Shown here: positions 47,445-58,551 of the stretch, one piece after another
Position numbering within the stretch: position 1 is the stretch's first letter
How the letters are laid out: each line of letters begins with the position of its first letter
NCBI GenBank assembly: GCA_965644265.1
Contig: OZ286470.1
Location: 29,264,001-29,328,000 of the forward strand
Direction: 5' to 3'
DNA length: 64,000 bases
Source: Glycera tridactyla
Taxonomy: Eukaryota
The notes under the pieces: generated by a model
What the model was told of the DNA's origin: nothing
The model's database searches: none
The model's input: only the letters and a program-made list of their open reading frames with translations
Program-made: the position numbers and the translations under genes

Positions 47445-47538
47445 GGAGATGACACTTGATGTATGAGGCATGTTTGTACTCCTGAGGAAATAAAATGTTT
47501 AATAAGGAAGCTGAAATACCAGGGTTGGTCGTTCTTTT

Positions 47539-47670
47539 NNNNNNNNNNNNNNNNNNNNNNNNNNNNNNNNNNNNNNNNNNNNNNNNNNNNNNNNNNNNNN
47601 NNNNNNNNNNNNNNNNNNNNNNNNNNNNNNNNNNNNNNNNNNNNNNNNNNNNNNNNNNNNNNNNNNNNNN
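47539..47670. other. 132-N block, unit A''
   Basis: Counted 132 N, same flanks. Confidence 0.95.
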
Positions 47671-50600
47671 TTACTATCATCACTGTCGTTATTATTACTG
47701 TTATATTACTAGTACTGCAGTGAAGTAGACCTGGTGATGAAAAATGTATGCAAAGTAGGAGAAAGAAATGTCCATATGTTGGGTCATGTTACTGTTACTA
47801 ACCCCCTCTACCTGGCGAATGGACCAGTGGTGATCACCACGCAACCAAGTTTTGAGTGGGGACTTTGTATACCAGCGTAAATGAAGATATGTCCATTATT
47901 ATACCAACACTAGTCAAGGGTCAACTCGCAGCTTCACCGATTTTGCCCACTAACAGAGAAGGCTCAGCCGTTCAGCTTCCTTTTACATATTTTCTCAGCT
48001 TTTTCCGAATTTTCTCAATTCACCCTCTCTTATTTGTGCCTACAAGTAGATATGGATACTTTTTCAACTCGTATCTCCTCAATGGATATCTAACGTGATC
48101 TGTTTTCTCAAGAAGACCATAGGAAGAGAAAGTACTGACACGAAGTCATGACAGTGGATTCTGCAAATAAACTAGGCATCAAATCTGACTGTCCGACATG
48201 GATGCCAATAGTGCTTGGAACCTGAATGATTCAAGGGAGGCGGGGGGAGGGGGGGCTTCACATTTAGAATGACAAGTCGAATGCAGCTAGTAGTACCTTA
48301 AATAAAGTGGACAGGTCTTCACAAATACGCCATTCCCCACTGTCAAACCTCTCACATGGCAATAATATCTGCTGGCGTAGAGATTGAATAATGTATGCGG
48401 CATCGGGTAATTGATAGTCAATAGTGTACCGACTAACATTCACGGTGTGCTACAGGGACCTTTTTATAGTCCTGCCATTCGTCATATAGTTGATTGGGTT
48501 CACCCACAATGTTCCATGGGAGGTACAGATGATGATACATTCTTACATCACATCCTGATCTGACTGTACATTTCAAATTCTATTGGTAGTCACAGACCCG
48601 TGACTGGTTGTCGTGGCAACAAAATTCGGTTAAACCATGATTTTATTCCACCAAGGCCTGGTGCACTTCCAATACAGCATCAGTTCGTCCATATTTGGTA
48701 TTGATATATACGTCTCATCAAGCCTGACAATATGACATTTGCACAATTGTCAGTTAGGTGATATATCTCTCGTAGAATCTGCTCATGTGGTGCAAAGAGA
48801 TAAATTCAAGGTTGAATTTCATACTTGAATTGTATTTCATAATTTCCGAGGCCAAATGAAAAATTGTGCCAATAGAGTGATCGAGTGTAGTGATTAATGA
48901 ATTGATTGGCAAATAATCTGACCCTCTGTAACATGAATTTGTGTTGCGCTAGTCCAAAATGACCTGAAATCGAATTGAGCACTTATCTTCATCTAAACCA
49001 AGAACAAGCAGATAAAAAGCTTTGAAGTAACATCACGAAAAGCATGCATAAACAAAATCCGACCGTGTGCCCACTTGCCCGCATTGAAATTTCAGATTGG
49101 CTTGTAATAGCTCGTGTGAATGATATACTTTGATGAGGAACTGCGATGATATTGGTAGTTTTCATCAATGTCTAAGTTCTTGTGAGCCTGATAAATTGAG
49201 GTTGTGGCAGAAGTCAAGGAGCCTGGGCAATTATTCATCATAAATCACACAAAAATGATTGAGTATCCATCAGCCCTGACAGGTAATTAGTTGCCTTGAG
49301 ATGTCCCTTCCACCTCACATACTGATATTTGTCAGGGTTCTCTAAAGGCAATATATTCCGATCAATGCGCTGACAATATGAAACAAATGACAAATATTCG
49401 ATTGTCTGATGCAGAATCACTGACAACACCAGGATCGCTTACAATGTAAGGTGCTGAGGTGTTGAGACATTGTCTCTCAGGAAATATTTTATATTAAATG
49501 GCTATGACTTTTTGCAGGTCAGACATTCCTATCCCAGCCCACCAACCAACCTATCTGGTCACTCTGATGTGGGTAAAACCAGTTTATTCTGCCAATATGA
49601 AGCTAATGACATATATTTGAGCGTCTCAAGTCAGGGCCTAATGCAGAATCACCAGGATCGCTTACCATATAGGATGTTCAGGTGTGGAGACTTTGCCTGT
49701 CAGAGAACTGTACATTACATGATTGTGAATTTTTGCAGGTTAGACTTTCATATTCCAGCCCCCGCCAACCAACCATTTTCGGTCACTATAATGTTGGTTT
49801 TAGTGCTTGTATTGATCGATCCGGTTTCAGTTGCATCAGGGTCTACCATCGTTCATCGACCATAGTCATCGGACTACCACATTAGAATGCCTGCCAACAA
49901 CTTCCAGCTCCATTCAATTCAAAATGAATATGCAAAGGGATGCACGAGGGCCAGGGCCATCGGGCAAGCGGGGGAATGACCACGTCAGGAATGACTGTGG
50001 TGAAAAATCGTTCCCACAACAATGACTCAGTGGACTACGAAAAGTCTATCTTCACTCCATGGCGCAGGACTGGTTATTGAACCTAGCTCCTAAAGGGCGT
50101 AGGTCGATAGAGATCCTGTGCCACTCCTTGGCGCCAGTGCTAAAATACCTGACCCGGATTGAAGAACCCACCCGTTAGCACTGGACAACCACTCAGTCAT
50201 TGTTGAACTTTTCGAAAACTGACGAAACCTGCCCAGTTATCCGCTTTATGTAGTCTATGCTAGCACTGGCGCCAAGGAGTGGCGTAAGAGTACAAATAGG
50301 TCTGGGTGGTGAGTACTGATAGGTCTGGGCAGTGCTCGAAGGTCAAATATGGTTTCCGTAGTTTCTTTGACATTAGTGGCAATTATGGTCTGTCTTGATA
50401 TAGCTTCAGTATGTACAGCTCATGCTCACTGATTGATATGCAGTCATGCTCAGTCAAATAATCCCTTTTCAGAACAAAGTGTTGAGTGATCAGCATAGTT
50501 GAATTGCAAAATGGCTGATAACTAACACGGACATTAACCACGCTCATCGGAACTTAATGGATATCTCCCTACATGGAATGATCTAAGCCATAAAATCGAA

Positions 50601-50714
50601 GGTACTGTTTATTAATGATGATGTGATCCTATTGGCATGAAAGCGGGAGAATTACTAATAGTATAGAGCATAGTATAAGAACAGAAACTTTTTGAGCGAA
50701 AAAAGGCAAGGTCG

Positions 50715-52750
50715 ATGGACAGCAGTATGGCGACACCCCTGACCTCGGCCACACAGCGCAGGAAATACGATGCTATGAGTACAGTTGATAACGAATTCGA
50801 ATTAGAGGATAAGCGTTTGAAAGAAAAACCGGTGACACCCCCATCGAATTGTGAATTAACGTACGATACTATAGAGGATAGTATTGTGAATTTTGATGGG
50901 AGTGAAGCGAGTGCAATGTCAACTCAAGAAAACTACGAGAAACTGACAACAGAAAGCATGTCGATAGAGGATTCTAGCCATATTGGATCTCTTGCGGTCA
51001 CCAGTGACGAGGATACGTTATATAATGAGTCAACCGATAGCGAAAGCGGCAAGGAAGCGGCTGGAGTAAATGACCTCACAGAACAACTAGCAACCAGGCG
51101 TGAAGACCATAATAAACACGCAGTCGAGGACACACCTTTAATCTGCCAAGAATCTGAGGCGGACTTAGAGGTGAACATTGTAGAAGTCAATAGGCAGTTG
51201 GTGAAAGACTTAAAAGGAGTAGCAAATACAATCGATCAAAAAAGGTCCTTAGAAGATTACCGGCAAGAAGTGCCAGTCCCAGTGACAAAAGGAAAAATCG
51301 ATGAAAAAAGGCGAGAACAGACCTGCGTGATCAGTAGGTCAGAATTAAAGAAGATGATAGACGATCGTGTAAAAATAGCAATTGCAGATACAATAATCCC
51401 AGCCGGTACAGAACGTAATGACCTGGAATCAATTACAGGGCAATATATGAATAGACATGCTAAATCTTACATTGAGGACAACTTAAAAGGCCAGTTCGAG
51501 CAATTTGAAAGGATAAATAGGATGGCTATGTATGCCTATGTTGAGGATTCAGTGCAGGGATCGATGCAGCAGTGCAAGGAGGATTTGTTGAAAAAAACAG
51601 CAGCAAATTGTTGATACGGTGGAAGACCAACAAGTACAGATGAAAACACTTGAAAAGAGGCTAACTGACGTGTCACTGGACATCAGACAAGATCTTGACC
51701 AATTGAAGGCAGAAAATATGATTCCACAGACAAGTGACTATAATGACAGTACCATAAAGCAGGATATTCTGGAATTACGGAAAGACATCATGGATATGGC
51801 CGAGGTGATTGGAGATCATGACTATAGAATTGATAGAGGGGAAGTCAATGTAGACACACTGCAGAAAATCGAGAGGCTGAGTGTGGTAGTACTTGATGGG
51901 CTGCCTGTTGTGAGAGACAAAACACTACATGAACAAGTCATATATTTCATAGATCCGAAGAAGGGACTGAAACTGACAGTACATGATGTGTGTCAAGTCA
52001 TGAGATACGGTCCTACCTATGAAGACAAACCAAGATCAATTAAGATTAGATTCTGTAACCCAGACAATAGACGTCTTGTACTGAAACTGAAACAAAAACT
52101 AAGGGGTACAAAATTTTTTCTATGTGAGCATTTAACACCGTGGGAAAGTGATCTGTTTTCAAAGGCAAAAGAGGCAAAAAAGAAGGGAGAATTGACACAA
52201 GTGTGGACACAGGATGGGAGGGTGTGCGTATCTCATGGGAGGGACAAAACTAGATATTACATAAATAATGAAAAATCACTCTTTGAGGCAATAAAGAAAA
52301 AAGGGGGAGGAGGTGATGATAAGGAAGATAAAAACCTGACTACAGGTATTGGGGGATGTCCAGAAAACGACACCAGACATGAATGCTCCCAGTGTGATAT
52401 CATCATTGACTACCTCGCCGGGGACGGTCCCCTCACCTAAACCGTTGAAGGACGTAGATGGAACTGAAGCAAAATTACCTCCTGGTCATGATTCGAACAT
52501 CATGGCACAAGGAGATACTGTGGATAAACTGAAGAATACGTCAATGAAATTGCAAGATATTAGACAACTTATGAAATCGAAAGAATCAAAATTTTTCGGA
52601 AGTAGATTATCGAAACCGGATGAGGGCAGATTGAATGATTTCCCTCCGTTGGGAGGACAAAGTAAAACACGCCCGTATAGCGGTCATAGGAAACAGTTGA
52701 CACAACGCGGTAACAAATCGAACAGTGCGAGAGGAGGGAGAACCAAATAG
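50715..52750 (+). pseudogene. LINE ORF1 (acidic N-terminus, coiled coil, RRM/CTD of L1-ORF1p type) split by two frameshifts
   Basis: VVLDGLP..DVCQVMRYG..PRSIKIRF..KLRGTKFFLCEHLT..VWTQDGRV; pieces 50715..51614, 51619..52440 and 52349..52750 join at A and G runs. Confidence 0.8.
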
Positions 52751-53153
52751 CGGCCATTTGTAACTTCATGTGGCGACTTCTTCTACAGTTAATATTCGTT
52801 ATTATGACTTCGCAATCGTCCTATATTGCTCAGTGGAGATGGAATGATGCCCAACTTGGCTTCAAGAATGAGGTGAGTTGAAATACTAGCTGAAATAATT
52901 CGGTATGATGTAATCGGCAGTATACTTCATGACGCTCCACGTGAAACTAGAATCGTAGTATGTTCATTCAAGTAAGACCACCTCGGACAACCAGTGTAGC
53001 GCGCTCAGTCGAATAAGACTGTGTCTTCACTTGAAAAATATATTATAATTGCCCACGTGTTTTTGATGAAATTTACTGCATATAAAGATTTATCCCCTCT
53101 CATACTGCAGAAATGTACTGAAATGAATAAAAAGTAATCACATACATGTCTGT

Positions 53154-54038
53154 TTGAAGTGGAAACCTGAATTGGCGAAGAGAATTGCAGAAGATCGAGT
53201 TGAATTGAATGAAGAAACTTGTCCGGTACACAGACGACGAAATTTGGTTGATACATACGGTACCCCGGATGTAATAGTCATGGGGAGCAGTCATGTCTGG
53301 AGGTTGGGGAAATTCATTAGATCAACCCTAGACCCAAATTCAAGACTCAAAACTGTATTGAATACTGAATTTCGTGGGATAAGTGGTGGATCATGGGAAA
53401 ATTTTGTGGGAGAGATTCAGGGAGATTTCAAGAACACAAGGCAGGGCTTGAAGAAAAAAAGACTGTACGGCAACAAGCTACGAGACTTGAAAGAAAACTA
53501 TGTCTATCCAAATTATATTATATTCGTACTGGGCTCAAACGATGTGGACAGACTGAATACGAGGATCAAATCTTTGACATATAAGATCAGGGATCTCGGG
53601 GTGAGAAACAGACTGATCTGAGAGGCCAGAAATGAGGAATTCGTGAAAATCACAGGTGTAATAAACAGAACACAGATGTTCATAAGAAGTCATTACCCAT
53701 TGTGCACTTTCTTCCATATACCAATATTCTGGAGACCAGGTTGGTGTGATGATACACGCATGTTGGCACTATGGGTAGACAATTATCTAAGAAGACACAT
53801 CATGCATCGTACAAGATCTATCCACACACAATGTCTCTTTGTGAAACAGCACAAGACACCTTCAAGAGTTGGGCGACTCGGCACAGCTAGAAAACAACGA
53901 AAAAGAGCATGGAACCATGGGGACCTACTAATGGGAATGCTGTACTCAGATCATGTTCATTTGAATGACTTGGGTCATATGGGTGTATGTATCTCGGTTA
54001 CAGGACAGATTTTTGATGATTGGTATACGCCAGAATGA
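53154..54038 (+). pseudogene. SGNH/GDSL hydrolase (esterase) ORF with one in-frame TGA (53619-53621)
   Basis: Block I VIVMGSSHV, block II GISGG, block III LGSND, block V DHVHLNDLG; 53154..53621 and 53643..54038 share a frame. Confidence 0.8.
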
Positions 54039-55322
54039 AGAAGTGTTGCAGTGAACGATGTTGAACCATCTCTCGCTAAGGGTACCACTGTCCATAAAAT
54101 GGAAATCTATGTTTGAGGCTGAGATGAGATGTATTGGAATTGTTCGGGTGAATCCTTGACGATGCTTGAAAACAATGCTTTTGACTATCGAAAGGGAAAA
54201 CCCAAAAATGATACTAATACAGGAAGATGTGGCGATTGTATATGAGATTTGATGATGAGTGACTGATGTTTGGAGAAAATGCCTCTGATCATCGGCCATA
54301 AAATGTCTGATCATTTGTGAATAATTGCCACCTGAAAATTAAAACTGAAATTTGGCACTAGTACTAGAATAGTACTAAGATGGACATACAGCTAGTAGAG
54401 GTAAGAAATGTTTGTTTGACAATGATGGAATACAATTGCGGTGCGAGGAAATTGTCATGGGGAGGAACTAAAATTATCTTATATCATATACATGTGAAAA
54501 ATGTTAAATATCCGACAAATAGTTGAATATAATGCCGTGATGGGTGAATGAAACAATTTTATATGATACGAATGGAATTGAATCTGTCACGCATCACGGA
54601 TAACTATCAAATAGTCTTAAATTTCCATATTGTTGAAATGATGCAAACATTTTCAAAAATTGATATTCGAAACTAGGTTGTATCCCTGAATAAGGCAATG
54701 CGCTGTTTTGAAATATGCACTGGAATAATGCAATTGACGGATTGTGAGATGCATCTTGTTATTATGCAACTTAATGCAACCTATTGACATAAATCTCTAA
54801 ATGAAATTCACTAATAGTTTCACATGCTTTTCCAAAGAGACATGTGTATGGTGAGAATATTCGAAATTGCTGGTCTGGGGAGATAGTGTGAAATCACGCT
54901 GAAGTCATTTGAAGTTCATAATGAGTTTTGTTTTTGACAAACGTTACGTAGCTGTAGATGATATATTTGATGGTAGAGTTATGTTTTATTCATACTTTAA
55001 TTTATTTTATTTTATTTTATTTTATTTTTACTTCATCTTAGGTTGCAACTCATGACATAACTCATTAAGGAATTAAATTAAAGAAATGGAAGGCTTGATA
55101 TTAAACGTTGAATGGTAGATCAAATGATGAGGTAATTTTGAGTTTGTTGCAATCTGGTTAATTTCATAACATGATGTTTTATGTGTTGATGTTTCCTGTC
55201 ACCAACGATGACGATCCGAGAAGAGCATTTTGAGGAGGTACTAACCAGATTAGCTAGATACCAAATTATTTGTGGAAGTGTAATATGATAATGAAACCAG
55301 TAGGTCACTCCAACGTTTTGCA

Positions 55323-55444
55323 AATAGGCCCTATATATATCCATATATAGGAGCCAATACTTTTGCTACTATTTCACGATCAATGGTTTTTCTTTTTAAA
55401 TTGTAAATCATTAATAGGCCCTATATATATCCATATATAGGAGC
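55323..55444 (+). repeat. Two 32-bp palindromic direct repeats, period 90
   Basis: AATAGGCCCTATATATATCCATATATAGGAGC at 55323 and 55413. Confidence 0.85.
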
Positions 55445-55701
55445 TAATATGATTTTTGTTAATACTTCGCTCTCGAGGGTTTTTTCTTTCGAATTGTTAA
55501 TTATTCCATGGTGTGATATTAGCAATTGGATAAAACAGTGAAAACAACTTTGATAAGACGTTTGTAAAGTAGGGAGAACAATAAGTTCTGATGTATCTTT
55601 AATAATATCATTTTTGAATTAATATTTCAATCATCCAACCATCCGAGAGAGACATATTAGATTTCTTTTCAATCACTAACTATAATTGAAGCTACTAACA
55701 A

Positions 55702-56804
55702 ATGAGCAATACACAAAGAAAAATAGAAACTTGCCAACTGACGGTATCAAGGGAGATCAGGAAATTAAAGGGGGTAAAAATTGCATATTTAAATATCCGA
55801 GGTATCATAAAGAAACTACATGATATCCATATATTGCTATTACAGGGGAATCTGGATATCCTTATTCTAGGAGAAACATTTCTGACGTCAAAAATTGGAA
55901 ATCCAGAAATTCATATACCAGGGTATTATATTCTGAGAGTGGTAAGAAAACTGGGGGGGGGGGTGGGAGGGGGGGTTTAGTATCATATATCAAAGAATCC
56001 AGAATTGTTGAGCTTTTGGAGGCACCTACTATATGTTGTCCAGATGTTGAAGTGTTATGTATGAAAATTCTGCTGCCTGATACGAGACCAATTTTTGTAA
56101 ATGGGATCTATCGGCCACCTGACGGTAACCCTTCTGTATATATGGAATGGCTTGAACAAAATGTACTAGATACTGGTTCAGATAAACCATTTGATTATGT
56201 GGCTATTGGAGATATAAATATAGACTATGGTAATGATAACGTGGCAAAGAAATATAAGAAAATGCTTGTTACAAATAATTTGACACAGCTCATTACAGAA
56301 TACACAAGGGTTACCTCAACCAGTAAAAGTATAATAGATCATGCCATAGTAAATGACCTATCATACTACAATCAACATGGTATCTTCGATACTGGGCTTT
56401 CTGATCACAGTCTCATTGTCATCGCTCGTAAGAAACAACACGAATCGAAGAAATCAGAGTTTGTTTATTTCAAAGACCTGAAAAATGCAGATTTTGAGAA
56501 GATCATGTATGACCTGAACCAAGAGAATTGGGGGGACCTATATAGTACCAAAGATGTTGACATTTGTGTAAAAATAATCCACTCAAAGATTAATATTATA
56601 TTAGATCGGCATATACCATTGAAAAGGCACCGGGTCACCAAAAATTGGCCGAAATGGATTTCAGGAGCATATCTGGATTTGATTAAAGAGCGAGAGGCAG
56701 CAAGTGAGAATTTTAGAAAGGCCAATACAGATGAAAATCATGAACTCGAAAAAGAATTGGAAAAAGAATATAAAAAATTGAAAAAAAGCTTTGGGACACT
56801 ATAA
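55702..56804 (+). pseudogene. LINE ORF2 AP-endonuclease domain, frameshifted at a G run (~55952-55975)
   Basis: KIAYLNIRG, DILILGETFL, IPGY, GGGV, IYRPP, GDINID, TRVT..SIIDH, GLSDH. Confidence 0.9.
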
Positions 56805-56812
56805 AGAGTTTT

Positions 56813-58156
56813 TTGGGCAATAAAAAAGGCAGTGTCAACATGGATAAAATTGGAGATACAACAGATACTTTCGAAGTGACAAATAAATTGAATAATTTCT
56901 TCAGTACCATAGGTTTGAAACTCAATGATTTGATACCTGAGGAAGAGATAGATCCATTGTTTGATTTTCGATCTCACTTAAAAAATAGATTGAATCTTGA
57001 AAAAACAAATATTGAGACTGTGAAACAATATGTAAACAAACTATCTATCTCCAAATCAGGAAGGGATGATAGTCTCTCAGCCAAAATTGTAAAGACATGT
57101 GTAAATGAAATCGCTTCTTTGCTATGCCATATATACAATGTCAGTATCTCGAGTGGTATTTTCCCATCAGCCTGGAAAAATGCAACTAATATCCCCCTAT
57201 ATAAAGAGGGGAGTAGAACCCAGGAATCTAATTATAGACCAATCAGTCTCTTAAGTACGGTCAGCAAGGTCTTTGAAAGAATTGTGCATAATCAGATCTC
57301 TAACTATTTTGAAGCACATGGTCTACTGTGTCAGGAGCAATCGGGATTCAGGGAGGGATGCTCCATTGGTACTTGTTTGTTAGAATTTCTTGACAAACTG
57401 TATGTAAATTTAGAGTCTAGAACAACCAGTGGAGTGCTCTTCCTGGATCTCAAGAAGGCTTTCGACACGGTGGACCATGATATATTGGTAAGAAAACGGT
57501 GTAGATATGGAGCGGGTGACAAATGTATGCAATGGATCAAAAGTTATCTCAGCAATCACAATTGTCAAGTAAAGCTCAATGGTATTATGTCTGAAACCAG
57601 AATTGTGAATTGTGGAGTCCCGCAGGGATCTATACTGGGTCCCCTCTTGTTTAGTATCTATGTAAATGATGTAACCCACTATGTGAGGGGACCCAGTATG
57701 AATCTCCACGCGGATGACACTGCTCTGATGGTGATGGACAAAAACCCAACTATTCTCAAAGACAAGTTGGAGGACTCCCTTACTCAAGTGAGTGGGTGGT
57801 TGAGAAGTAGAGTACAACTGAGAAATTATAAATATGAGATAAAACTTGGGAATGGACAGATTGAAATTGTTGATAAATTTAAATACTTGGGAGTGGTATT
57901 GGATAGGTATTTGTTCTTTAATCACCAAGCAGAACATATTAGGTCAAATACGATTGGCAGGGTGGGGGTCCTGGGTAGACTCAGGGATGTGTTGAATAAA
58001 AACATATCCGTGATGCTATACAGGACTCTCATACTGCCAATGTTTGACTATTGTGATATCGTCTACGACAACCTGGAATTGGCAGATGCATCTAAATTGC
58101 AAAAAGTACAAAACAAGGCCCTGAGAATAATGTATCAAAGATTCATTCGACTATAG
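56813..58156 (+). pseudogene. LINE ORF2 reverse transcriptase domain (YADD>HADD, deletions, truncated)
   Basis: NYRPISLL, QSGFR, FLDLKKAFDTVDH, GVPQGSILGPLLF, HADDT, KYLGV. Confidence 0.92.
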
Positions 58157-58551
58157 GAGGGATGTCGCATGAAGATGTCGTTCCTTCTGCGTGATGTCGC
58201 TTGGCTTTGAAGGTGAGAAGGTGGGATCCCTTCTCTCGTTGTGACCAGTAGCAGGGGTTGCCACAAATAAGTCAACGACGTGGAGTTCCAGTTCAACATT
58301 TATTCCCCAGTATTCATCAGGCAGACATAGTATAAATACTACGATGTAATACTGTGGGGAAAGAAGTCCGTCAGCCCATGAAGCGCACACTCGACCAGCG
58401 TGGACCCAGCTCAAGGAATGGTCTGACGGTGCTTCCTTCTCCCACGTATTTATATGTTTCAGGCACACAAGTCATTACCATGGGATTACACGCTCATGCA
58501 CTTTATGGTTATTTTATGGTATTTTTATGATGCACATGGATCTAGAAAAGG

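Larger units (their letters stand above)
40731..50497 (+). repeat. Segmental repeat unit A'' (more diverged; interrupted by the LINE at ~50498)
   Basis: Colinear with 494-10098, with several private indels. Confidence 0.9.
50498..58156 (+). mobile_element. Decayed non-LTR retrotransposon, CR1/L2 group (Crack/Daphne-like), 3' end not evident
   Basis: Host homology stops after GATCAGCATA 50497; RRM-type ORF1, esterase ORF, APE and RT segments follow on the + strand. Confidence 0.85.
48581..58551 (+). repeat. 9971-bp tandem duplication unit, copy 1 (host flank + LINE)
   Basis: All ORFs recur at +9971 (50715/60686, 53154/63125, 49238/59209). Confidence 0.93.

Noticed and set aside
57410-57937. 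175-aa minus-strand ORF (also 50933..51190, 56465..56725 and the short antisense ORFs within DIRS)
   Set aside because: Antisense shadows of RT, ORF1 or gag coding sequence with no motifs of their own.
58163-58460. Junction filler as a solo LTR (TG...CA, TATAAATA)
   Set aside because: No target-site duplication or terminal inverted match.
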